A stretch of 64,000 nucleotides of DNA from Candidatus Latescibacterota bacterium (lineage in GTDB: Bacteria > Latescibacterota > UBA2968 > UBA8231). The translations under genes and the position numbers were made by a program. The notes beneath the pieces were generated by a model. The model had not been told where the DNA came from. It worked only from the letters and a program-made list of their open reading frames with translations, and searched no databases. Of the stretch, positions 10,428 to 18,667 are shown in pieces (positions within the stretch are counted from its first letter, which is position 1; each line of letters begins with the position of its first letter). The DNA lies in the NCBI GenBank assembly GCA_965248265.1, contig CBDFJF010000001.1, positions 2,976,001 through 3,040,000 of the forward strand. Direction: 5' to 3'.

Positions 10428-10949
10428 TTAGTGGGAGTGGGTCATGAAGTGCAACACCTTGTTGTGGCACGTCATGCAACTGACCGTTTCACCCTTGGCG
10501 GGCAACGCAAGCACGGTTTCGAAGCTCTTTGGCGGGGTTTTGGCATCTTTGGGGCTTACGGTAGCACTCAGGTAGATACCAGGTTTTTCTCCACCCACCT
10601 TGTACTCGGCGACAATACTGGTCTCGTGTTCTTCTTCATCGATCACGAGTGCAACTTCTTTCTTGATGGCCAGACTATCCACGAACCCAGTTTTCATCAG
10701 GCGGGCGAACTGCTTGCGTTGTGTATCGGCCGGAAAGTTCGGCTTTCCCCCCTCCTTGATGTGGCAATAGAGGCACTTGCCCTGCTTGCTCACGCCAATG
10801 GACTTGACGATCAAGGCCATCGCCTTGAGCGTCTCTTTCTTGGTGTCGCCGAAAATCGTCTTGCCATCCTGCGCTGAGGCGGCAGAGCCCAACAGAGCCA
10901 TCATGAGCGTGGCAGGTAGAATCAGATTAGAGGCCTTGAGTAAAAACAA
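10428..10949 (-). CDS. Exported diheme c-type cytochrome
   Basis: GAAAGGAG RBS before a TTG start; signal peptide ending ASA-Q; CLYCH and CMTCH heme-binding motifs. Confidence 0.8.
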   Translation of the reverse strand: MFLLKASNLILPATLMMALLGSAASAQDGKTIFGDTKKETLKAMALIVKSIGVSKQGKCLYCHIKEGGKPNFPADTQRKQFARLMKTGFVDSLAIKKEVALVIDEEEHETSIVAEYKVGGEKPGIYLSATVSPKDAKTPPKSFETVLALPAKGETVSCMTCHNKVLHFMTHSH

Positions 10950-11095
10950 TACCGAACTCCTTTCATCGACTTCTGGTTGCGACCGATTGAGGTAAGTAAA
11001 CATACCGTCGTCGTTGAGCGCCTGCAAAGCGCCAATGGCTGGCACTGAATTGGCATCATTCTGACTGCGAGTGCCAGAAGCGAGTTCCGCCGGTC

Positions 11096-12037
11096 TCAGG
11101 CGTCGCCGGATGCACGGTTGTGTAGAAATCCCCGCGTCCGGTTATACCACCACAGATAGTCGATGAATATGGAGGGCAGCGTTCCGGATTGGCGCCAGTC
11201 GGCCCACATCGCGAGTGGAGCGTATATGAATCGCTGCAGCGCTAGCCGCAGCATCCACCGCCTCGGCGAAAACCAGCTGGCATGCAGGAAATCCAGGCGC
11301 AGAAGCTCGCACAGTTCAGGATGCTTCTCGAGCAGTAAGGGCAGCGAGTGCCTTCCGTAGGTGTACATCAACTCGCTCGTCTGTCTCAGTGGACGAACAC
11401 GGTGATGCAACGACCCCACCGCCGCGCACAGACGGAATCGAGCACCCGCCCCATGCAGTCGATAGCCCAATTCCAGATCTTCGCCGCCATACGCTTCAAA
11501 GCGTTCGTCGAAAAGGCCCACGCTCAACAAACGAGCTCGCTCCACGGAGGAGTTCCCGGTCACGAAGCACTTGAATGGCAAAGACGCGCCATCAGCGAAG
11601 CGCTGGGCACCCCGGCTCTCGATATATCGCGTAATCGCCGAAGGCACGATCTGCGGGCCAAAGCGGATGTCGCCGATGGCCACCTCACCGGGATGATCCC
11701 TGTGGAACTGAGCGTGGGCGGACAGAAAATCGGCGCTCACCGTCATGTCGTCGTCGAGGAAGACGACCAGACTGCCCTCAGCAGCGCGAATGCCGGCGTT
11801 GCGGGCACGAGCACGACCCCCGTGGGCCTCGAGCAGGATCGGCTTCAGCGGCAGCGAGCCTTCGTATTGCTGCAACGCCGCCTCAGAGCGGTCGGGCGAG
11901 CCGTCGTCAATGACGATGATTTCCGCACGGTCTCGCGGGTACAACTGTGTCCCAAGGCTGGCCAACACGGCGGGCAGCAGCAGGGGAGCGTCGTAGGTCG
12001 GGACGATGACGCTGATGGAGGGCAGGTGATCCGTCAC
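11096..12037 (-). CDS. Glycosyltransferase family 2
   Basis: ISVIVPTY, IDDGS, ARNAG, FLDDD and GGEDLELGYR motifs. Confidence 0.92.
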   Translation of the reverse strand: MTDHLPSISVIVPTYDAPLLLPAVLASLGTQLYPRDRAEIIVIDDGSPDRSEAALQQYEGSLPLKPILLEAHGGRARARNAGIRAAEGSLVVFLDDDMTVSADFLSAHAQFHRDHPGEVAIGDIRFGPQIVPSAITRYIESRGAQRFADGASLPFKCFVTGNSSVERARLLSVGLFDERFEAYGGEDLELGYRLHGAGARFRLCAAVGSLHHRVRPLRQTSELMYTYGRHSLPLLLEKHPELCELLRLDFLHASWFSPRRWMLRLALQRFIYAPLAMWADWRQSGTLPSIFIDYLWWYNRTRGFLHNRASGDA

Positions 12038-12038
12038 A

Positions 12039-13154
12039 TCAAAGTGCGGCGTAAAGATCGGTCAGTTTGGCGGATTCTTTCTCCCAGCAGAACCGCTGGG
12101 CGGCTTGGAGAGCGGCCTCGGCATATCTGACTCGCCCGGCAGGATCGGCGACCAGGCGCTGCAGTCGGTTGCGCAGCGAAGGCGGGTCCGTGAGATCGAT
12201 CACTTCCCCTGCGCCGGTCTCGGTCAGTGTTCGGCGGATTTCCGGTGCTTCACTGCCCACTACCGGCAGTCCTGCCATCATGTACTCGAAGAGCTTATTC
12301 GGTAGCGACCAGTGGAAGCTCTTACCGGTTGATTTGATCAGGCACAATCCAATATCGGCTGAGCAGGTAAACGCATGAAGTTGGGAAAATGGCACTGCTG
12401 GTAAGAAAAACACCCGATCGTCCAACCCGGAGACGGCCACCTGGCGCTCGAGCTGCGCCTTGATTGGTCCATCACCCAGCAAGACAAGGGCAGCGCCTTC
12501 GACGCCGGCCATCGCCTCGATCTGTTCTGACAGTCCGTTGTCGGTGAGCAATCCACCCTGGTAGAGGAGGATGACCCGATCACCTTCAAGGCCGATGCGC
12601 TCACGAATCAGGTCACCGGGTACGGGAGAACGAAACGGTGGCAGATTGCCAATTACGGTAACGTCGCGAAACCCGTATCGATTCTTCAGCTCCTCAGCGA
12701 TAGGCGGGCTGACGGTGATGACATGACTCACATACCGGCTCAGGCGCCTCTCCATCGTGGCCCAGACGCCACGTACGAGCGGTCTGGAAGCCAGTGAAGA
12801 TTGCTCCGTCCACAACTCGTGTGAATCGTAGACCAGGGGTACTCTGCGTGCTCGTGCAGCTCTCGATGCCGGCCATAGGGAATCGAGATCGTGCGCATGG
12901 TAGGCGTCAGCGGGGATTTCGCGCAGGATTCGATGCCCATTGCGCCACCACATCAAATAGGATAATCGCAGAGATCGTGCACGGTCGACTGGCCAGGCGT
13001 GGACGTCGAAGTCGTCCCAGGCACTATCCAGCTGTTGATTCCAGGTGCCAGCCACGATAGACACCTGGTGACCGGCATTCTTCAGGCTCGCCGCTTCCCG
13101 GTAAATGCGGAAATCGAAGTTGAGGTCGGTAAAGGCGACCATGCAGATGTGCAT
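12039..13154 (-). CDS. Glycosyltransferase family 4
   Basis: DFRIYREA, YDSHE and PNKLFEYMMAGLPVV motifs. Confidence 0.92.
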   Translation of the reverse strand: MHICMVAFTDLNFDFRIYREAASLKNAGHQVSIVAGTWNQQLDSAWDDFDVHAWPVDRARSLRLSYLMWWRNGHRILREIPADAYHAHDLDSLWPASRAARARRVPLVYDSHELWTEQSSLASRPLVRGVWATMERRLSRYVSHVITVSPPIAEELKNRYGFRDVTVIGNLPPFRSPVPGDLIRERIGLEGDRVILLYQGGLLTDNGLSEQIEAMAGVEGAALVLLGDGPIKAQLERQVAVSGLDDRVFFLPAVPFSQLHAFTCSADIGLCLIKSTGKSFHWSLPNKLFEYMMAGLPVVGSEAPEIRRTLTETGAGEVIDLTDPPSLRNRLQRLVADPAGRVRYAEAALQAAQRFCWEKESAKLTDLYAAL

Positions 13155-13202
13155 GAGTGTGTAGCGGAGCCGTCGAAAGAAGCCTGGTAGTGGAATGAGA
13201 TC

Positions 13203-13244
13203 AAAGAAAAAGAGCAGCCCGTCAGGTTGTTGACAGGCTGCTCT
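13203..13244 (-). terminator. Intrinsic terminator
   Basis: Minus-strand RNA AGAGCAGCCUGUCA-acaacc-UGACGGGCUGCUCU-UUUUCUUU: 14-bp stem with a G.U pair and a U tail. Confidence 0.85.
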
Positions 13245-13497
13245 CTTAATGAAAATGAGTGTGGCGATCCTGGGGTGCGCTCAACATCCAGAAACGAGAT
13301 CTTCGAACGAGGCGGCGTGGGGAGGTGTCTAAAAGATCTCCTCGGCCCGAAAAAGGGCATCCGAGCTGTCCGGAATCAGAACGTTCAGTCACGCTCAACA
13401 GACCGCCACACTCAACATCAAAACTACTGTTAATGATAGACTTATGAAACTTAACCCGAATGTCTAAGAAAGGTCGGGTAAGTGGCTGTCTCGCTGT
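13203..13497 (-). ncRNA. Putative structured non-coding RNA (about 290 nt), family not recognised
   Basis: Bounded by a near-consensus promoter and an intrinsic terminator; no credible ORF; 13-bp, 8-bp and other stems whose G.U pairs fit the minus strand. Confidence 0.6.
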
Positions 13498-13503
13498 AGG
13501 TTG

Positions 13504-13532
13504 AATCTAACGAGCGAAAGGGGCAATGTCAA
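13504..13532 (-). promoter_or_regulatory. Strong sigma70-type promoter
   Basis: Minus strand TTGACA-N17-TAGATT. Confidence 0.75.
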
Positions 13533-13592
13533 GAAAGATCGGCGCTCTCGACCGTTATCCTGCCGAGTTGGAGCACACCCTGGGCGGAGTTC

Positions 13593-14084
13593 CTAAGGAG
13601 TAATCTGAGCTGATAGCGGCGATCCTGGCAACGCGATACCTCCCCGCTCGCGGTTGGCGATCACGGTCAGAACCTCATTGCGGACGAAGGGGTGCGGATC
13701 TTTGAGAGCACTGATCAGGTACTTGTTCGCGTGCACGGCTTCCATCGCGCCCAGTTTCTGCACAACCTGAACTCTCAGGCCTGGATCGCGGTCCTTCATG
13801 GCCAAACCAAGAACCCGCGCGACTTCCTTCTTCAGTTTCTTGTCATCCTTCTGCCCTAGATCGCCCAACAGATCGACGGCCCCGGCACGAACAGCTCGAT
13901 CTCGGTCCTTGAGGAGCTGCAGCAACACATCGGTGGTCTCAATGGTCTTTTCCTTGCCCAGGATCGGCAGAAAGCGAATGGGCGGCACCGTGCGCAAGGC
14001 GCATCCCGAGCCCATACAGACCAGAACCCCAAGCATTGAGGCTAAAGCGTAATTCTTGAAGACGTGTTTGATTCGCATGGTCAT
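13593..14084 (-). CDS. HEAT-repeat lipoprotein
   Basis: Lipobox-like GSGC; three PBS-lyase/HEAT-like repeats (LKDRDRAVR, MKDRDPGLR, LKDPHPFVR). Confidence 0.8.
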   Translation of the reverse strand: MTMRIKHVFKNYALASMLGVLVCMGSGCALRTVPPIRFLPILGKEKTIETTDVLLQLLKDRDRAVRAGAVDLLGDLGQKDDKKLKKEVARVLGLAMKDRDPGLRVQVVQKLGAMEAVHANKYLISALKDPHPFVRNEVLTVIANRERGGIALPGSPLSAQITP

Positions 14085-14216
14085 TAATGGCCCTGATGGG
14101 CGTAACGGCTACAGAGCGTCCAAGTATTGAGTATATCGGAAGAATATCACATCCCTTCAACAACAGTACATACAAACCAGAGCTTTCTGGACAAGCCCCG
14201 CGCCAATATCCTGGTC

Positions 14217-14759
14217 TCAGTATCCTGGTAAAGTGAATTCACCCTCAGCGATAGCTCGCTCCAGCTCTTGGTGGAAGGTGCTGTCGAGGTAGGAAGTGAT
14301 CTTCCACCCATCGGAGTCGTGGATGAAGTAGAAAAATGGGGTCACCCTGGAAGAGGCCAGCGTGGTAGGATCGAAGCGGAGAAAGGCGATGCGATCGTTT
14401 ATCGGCCCCTCCTCGGCGATCTCCCGGCGCCGGGCAACTCGGGTCAACTCGGCAATTTCAGCGTCCCACCGATTCTGCCAATTGACGTAGTCGCCGCCGT
14501 ACTCGCTTTTTCGCAAGCTGCCGCTTAAGCAATCCCACACGGCGAGGGTGTCTTGCGCAAGCACGCCCTGCACGTAGGTCTCATAGGTGGCCACCGGAGA
14601 CGCGTATCGAGGGTCGTCGTCAGCGCAGGCTGTGCACAGCAACAACGACGCCAACAGTCCCCATCGCAAGATCGAGTCAGCAAAGTGTTGGGGGAGAGAG
14701 AAACGCACTGTGAGGGTGGTGGATAGGGTGTGGTCACTCGAGGAGCGACCGGCAATCAA
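14217..14759 (-). CDS. Hypothetical lipoprotein (start uncertain, possibly GTG near 14708)
   Basis: Lipobox-like CTAC; NTF2-like pattern (SPVATY...DGWKI); overlaps the upstream stop codon. Confidence 0.65.
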   Translation of the reverse strand: MIAGRSSSDHTLSTTLTVRFSLPQHFADSILRWGLLASLLLCTACADDDPRYASPVATYETYVQGVLAQDTLAVWDCLSGSLRKSEYGGDYVNWQNRWDAEIAELTRVARRREIAEEGPINDRIAFLRFDPTTLASSRVTPFFYFIHDSDGWKITSYLDSTFHQELERAIAEGEFTLPGY

Positions 14760-15496
14760 GGCTGGGTTTCGTTGGCGAGGCGCTCGATCTGGTCCCGCAA
14801 CAGGGCGGCCTCTTCATACTGCTCGCACATCACGGCCTGTTGCAACCGGTTCTGCAGCTGCAGGAGGGTGGCCTCATGGCTGTTCTTGGACGGTTGCTGA
14901 TTCTGGGACGTCGTAGACGTCTGGGGCAGCAGGGGTTGCTCCGTCGTTGCACCCTCTTCAGTGTTTCTGCCAGCATCAGCGAGCAACTCGGGGGTTTGCG
15001 GTTCCATCTCCCTGAAACGGGCAATGGCATCGTCCACATCACCACGGTCTTCCTCAGTTGAAAGTCCGGATTCTTCCAGGAGCTCTTCAGTGACGAACAC
15101 CGGGATGCCCAGCCTTAACGCCAGAGCGATACCATCACTTGGACGAGTGTCAATGTCGCGAAGCTCGCCCTCCCTCTCGATCAAGACGGAACCGAGGAAC
15201 ACCTGGCGGCGCACGGTATGGATGACCACGCGACGGACGGTAACGCCCAACTGCCGCACCATGGAGGCAAGCAAGTCGTAGGAGATAGGACGCAGTGACT
15301 TGTCTTCACCCAATGGCATCTGAATGGCCGCGGCCTCGAACTCACCGACCGCGATGGGAAGCAGCCTGGGGTGGCCTTCACTATCCTTTTCGCACAGCCA
15401 CACGAGTGGTTGTTCAGGTCGCAAGAACGGGGTTACCCTGGTGACGCTCATCTGCAGCAGGCGTCTCTTGCGGTTGGAATCTCGCTGTTTGTTCAT
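14756..15496 (-). CDS. Bifunctional nuclease (DUF151) protein with C-terminal UvrB/C motif, copy 2
   Basis: LPIAVGEFEAAAI, RPISYDL, DTRPSDGIALA; C-terminal LQQAVMCEQYEEAALLRDQI. Confidence 0.88.
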   Translation of the reverse strand: MNKQRDSNRKRRLLQMSVTRVTPFLRPEQPLVWLCEKDSEGHPRLLPIAVGEFEAAAIQMPLGEDKSLRPISYDLLASMVRQLGVTVRRVVIHTVRRQVFLGSVLIEREGELRDIDTRPSDGIALALRLGIPVFVTEELLEESGLSTEEDRGDVDDAIARFREMEPQTPELLADAGRNTEEGATTEQPLLPQTSTTSQNQQPSKNSHEATLLQLQNRLQQAVMCEQYEEAALLRDQIERLANETQP

Positions 15497-15506
15497 CGGC
15501 GAGGAC

Positions 15507-16145
15507 TTATCCCCCCTGCTGGGTAAGCTCGGTGATGAGATCGCGCAATCGGGCGGCCTCCTCAAAGACCTCCTCAGAAACTGCCTGGTCAAGCCGCTTC
15601 TTGAGCTGGTCTACCTCACTGAGTGGATTGTCTGTCGACGTCTTAGCCCGCTGCATGAGGTCTGCGATGGCGGCGTTGATGCCATCCGCCGTGGGCTCTT
15701 CCCCATCACTCTCCAGTACCAGTTCGTCTTCCTCACGGGCGGCGTCTTCGGCGGCTTCGGCCTCTTCTTGCAACACCGCTTCGGATGCAAAGATCGGCGC
15801 GTTGGCACGCAGGGCCAGGGCGATGGCATCGCTGGGCCTGGAATCGAGCGAGGTGGATGAATTGTCCGCGTTCTTTAGCTGCACCTCGGCGTAGTAAATG
15901 CCGTCCTGCAGGTCCGTGATTGACACCTGTTGGATCCTGCTACCCGACTCCTGAAGAAGCGAGCAGACCAGATCGTAGCTGAGGGGCCGAGCCGGCTTCT
16001 GTCCGTTGTGAGCAAGGGATATCGCCCTTGCTTCCGTGGGTCCGATGACGATGTGCAACGAGGCATCCCCATCCTTTTCCTTGAGAATAACTCGATGGTA
16101 GGAACGCGAGCTTACCTGCACCCGGTTCACTTCCATCTCAATCAT
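15507..16145 (-). CDS. Bifunctional nuclease (DUF151) protein with C-terminal UvrB/C motif, copy 1
   Basis: IVIGPTEARAI, RPLSYDL, DSRPSDAIALALR; C-terminal AVSEEVFEEAARLRDLI. Confidence 0.9.
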   Translation of the reverse strand: MIEMEVNRVQVSSRSYHRVILKEKDGDASLHIVIGPTEARAISLAHNGQKPARPLSYDLVCSLLQESGSRIQQVSITDLQDGIYYAEVQLKNADNSSTSLDSRPSDAIALALRANAPIFASEAVLQEEAEAAEDAAREEDELVLESDGEEPTADGINAAIADLMQRAKTSTDNPLSEVDQLKKRLDQAVSEEVFEEAARLRDLITELTQQGG

Positions 16146-16227
16146 CGTTTTCTTGCCGGCGGAAAGGGGCATGCTGTTCCTCAAGGAATCATCCTGCATC
16201 AGACAACCACCGCTTCATCCTCGGTTG

Positions 16228-16257
16228 AATATAACACGCTCAGAAAATCGCTGTCAA
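16228..16257 (-). promoter_or_regulatory. Putative sigma70 promoter for the DUF151 genes
   Basis: Minus strand TTGACA-N18-TATATT. Confidence 0.6.
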
Positions 16258-16271
16258 CAGCCCTTACGCGA

Positions 16272-16287
16272 CCACTATATGTAGTAT
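16272..16287. promoter_or_regulatory. NrdR-box-like palindrome
   Basis: CCACTATATGTAGTAT compared with the NrdR consensus acaCwAtATaTwGtg. Confidence 0.5.
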
Positions 16288-16313
16288 AACTCGTTTAAGA
16301 TCCACAACTTCCA

Positions 16314-16463
16314 TCATTCGCTCGTGGCTGAATTGGTGAGTCGCCTGACGACTTCTGACAGCTCTTGCTCTCGGCGTCGCAAGCGCACGAGGTAGCCAAA
16401 CAGGACAATCCAGATGAGGCTGTATGCAGCGAACAGATAGGTGAGATTCGGATCCTGGTCCAC
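16314..16463 (-). CDS. ccmD: Heme exporter protein CcmD (too short for the ORF track)
   Basis: 49 aa, MDQDPNLTYLFAAYSLIWIVLFGYLVRLRRREQEL: one TM plus a basic tail, directly after ccmC. Confidence 0.85.
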   Translation of the reverse strand: MDQDPNLTYLFAAYSLIWIVLFGYLVRLRRREQELSEVVRRLTNSATSE

Positions 16464-16519
16464 AACAAACACTCCCGTCCTTGTTTAATCGGCGTAAATG
16501 GTCGGTGACTTCAAACCCA

Positions 16520-17194
16520 TCAATCGAGACAGAGGTCCGTCTCCAACCTTTCGATGTGTCTTGCTAGCTTTTCCAACTCATAGCGGCGCTTCACCAAGTA
16601 ACAGAATAAGGCGATGATGGCGGCGAACGCCACGTAGCGAGTGTGCACCATGGCCGGCGCCAACACCACTTCTCTGGGATGCAATTGCTGTTCGGCCGAC
16701 CACAGGTTCACCGAATAATATACCATGGGCACGTTGACGAAGGCGACGATTCCAAGAACGGCGGCAAACCGACGAGTGCGATCAGGGGAGCCCGTGGTGT
16801 AGGAGCGCACGATGAGGTAGGCCACGTAGATGGTAAAGGCAATCAACATGGAAGTGAGACGCGGCTCCCAACGCCAGTACACACCCCATATGGGCTTGGC
16901 CCATATGGGTCCGGAGATCAAGACAATAAGCGAGAACACGACTCCGAGTTCGGCCCCGGCCAGCGCCAGACTGTCCCAATTCTCTCGCCGGGTACGCAGG
17001 TATTGAATGCTGGCGACGAAGACGACGGCGTACCCCAAAAAGGCGGCGATGGCGGAGGATACGTGGAAGTAGAAAATGCGCTGGACTACCCCCATCTCCC
17101 GCTCCGTGGGTACGTACACGAACACGGCGAACAGAGCCGCGATCATGAGCACGGCGAGGCCGGCTTCCAGCAATAGGTTCAGGCGACCGCTCAC
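16520..17194 (-). CDS. ccmC: Heme exporter protein CcmC
   Basis: RIFYFHV, GPIWAKPIWGVYWRWEPRLTS (WWD-type domain) and LHP. Confidence 0.92.
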   Translation of the reverse strand: MSGRLNLLLEAGLAVLMIAALFAVFVYVPTEREMGVVQRIFYFHVSSAIAAFLGYAVVFVASIQYLRTRRENWDSLALAGAELGVVFSLIVLISGPIWAKPIWGVYWRWEPRLTSMLIAFTIYVAYLIVRSYTTGSPDRTRRFAAVLGIVAFVNVPMVYYSVNLWSAEQQLHPREVVLAPAMVHTRYVAFAAIIALFCYLVKRRYELEKLARHIERLETDLCLD

Positions 17195-17214
17195 ATCGAT
17201 TCCTTTTCTTTTTG

Positions 17215-17934
17215 TTATTCCTCTACAATGTACTCGAAGAGCATCAATGCGAGCACGTTGAAGACGACGGCATAGGTACCCAGCATCTGCAAGTGGGCGA
17301 TGAGGCCAGCTGACAGCAGGTCGCCCTGCTCTCCGAACGCGAAGCGCTGGCTCTGCTCGAACACCTCCGCTGTTGCACCGATACAGGAAATCAGCGCCGG
17401 GACCATCATCGGCAGCACCAGCAGTGGCAGGAACTGCTCGCGCAGGCGTGAGTGTATGGACATGGCCGCGAACAGCGTGCCCACCGAGGCCAAACAAGCG
17501 GTCCCGAGTACGAGGACAGCCGGCAACACCAGTAAGGGTCGATCGAGCGAAAGGTTAAAGAACAGACCGAACAGTGGTAGACTCAACAGCTGCAAGGCCA
17601 GGAGGAAGACGAAATTGCCCAACATCTTGGCCAGGTAGAGGACGGAGCGGTTGACCGGCGCCAACAGCAGTGCATCCAACGTATCATTCTGTGTTTCAGA
17701 TGCGAAAGTCCGATGCAGGCTGAGTAGCCCGGCGAAAACAAACGCACTCCACAGTACGCCAGGGCCGATCTCTGACAGCGCTGATCCGCCCAACTCGAAC
17801 GAGAAATTGAACACCAGCAGAATCAGGAGCACGAACAGAACCATGGGAGTGATGCGCTCCTTGGTCCGCCACTCCAGGGACAGGTCTTTGCGCAGAATGG
17901 TGAAGGTCTGAGTTAGGAAATTCGTGGCGCCCAT
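17215..17934 (-). CDS. ccmB: Heme exporter permease CcmB
   Basis: KDLSLEWRTKE, PGVLW, LLLAP and LPLLVLP motifs. Confidence 0.9.
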   Translation of the reverse strand: MGATNFLTQTFTILRKDLSLEWRTKERITPMVLFVLLILLVFNFSFELGGSALSEIGPGVLWSAFVFAGLLSLHRTFASETQNDTLDALLLAPVNRSVLYLAKMLGNFVFLLALQLLSLPLFGLFFNLSLDRPLLVLPAVLVLGTACLASVGTLFAAMSIHSRLREQFLPLLVLPMMVPALISCIGATAEVFEQSQRFAFGEQGDLLSAGLIAHLQMLGTYAVVFNVLALMLFEYIVEE

Positions 17935-17946
17935 ACAGAAGTATTG

Positions 17947-18663
17947 TCAGGAATTGGCAACCGGCTCGGAAAAGCGGTCGCACAGCTGCTGCAGCTGTAC
18001 CCCCGATCCTCCTTCCCAGGCCTGGTCGAGGCATATCCGGCCGCGCCGCAGTATCGCGACCCGGTTGATGACATCGGCTGTCACCTCCACCATGTGAGAT
18101 ACGATGATGGCGGTCGTCGTGGTGCGGACATTGTCGAACGCCTTGAGGTACCGATTCAGAAGTCGAACCCCGTGTCGATCGAGGCTGGCGAATGGTTCGT
18201 CCAACAGCAGCAGGGTGGGTTCGTGCAACACGGCGCGAGCCAGCGAAAGTCGTTGTTTCAGTCCTCGCGACAGAGTTCCGGCGCGCTGATGGAGACGATC
18301 CCCCAGTTCCATCCACTCCAACACGGTGTCGATTCTCTCAGAGATCCTCGAGAGACCGTACAGACGGGCGAAGAACACGAGATTCTCCCCGACCGTGAGA
18401 TCGTCGTACAACAATGACTCATGGGAGAGAAATCCGACGCCGCGTTTGTCAGAGCCAATGGGATTGGAGCCGGCCAGCAACACCTTGCCCCGGCTCGGTC
18501 GGCCGAGGCCGGCAAACAGACGCAGAAGGGTGGTCTTGCCCGCGCCGTTGGCGCCGGCCAACAGCAGGCGATCACCGTTTCCCAGTTGCAGGTCGACACT
18601 GCGCAAAGCAGCGGCGGCACCAAACTGCTTGGACACCTGCTCCGCGACAACGACGGCGCTCAC
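17947..18663 (-). CDS. ccmA: Heme exporter ATP-binding protein CcmA
   Basis: GANGAGKTT Walker A, LSRGLKQR signature, LLLDEP; lies within the ccm cluster. Confidence 0.88.
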   Translation of the reverse strand: MSAVVVAEQVSKQFGAAAALRSVDLQLGNGDRLLLAGANGAGKTTLLRLFAGLGRPSRGKVLLAGSNPIGSDKRGVGFLSHESLLYDDLTVGENLVFFARLYGLSRISERIDTVLEWMELGDRLHQRAGTLSRGLKQRLSLARAVLHEPTLLLLDEPFASLDRHGVRLLNRYLKAFDNVRTTTTAIIVSHMVEVTADVINRVAILRRGRICLDQAWEGGSGVQLQQLCDRFSEPVANS

Positions 18664-18667
18664 GCCT

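Noticed and set aside
13082-13447. Short ORFs across the 13.2-13.5 kb gap
   Set aside because: No RBS, atypical composition, and they cross the terminator or run against the promoter; a non-coding reading fits better.
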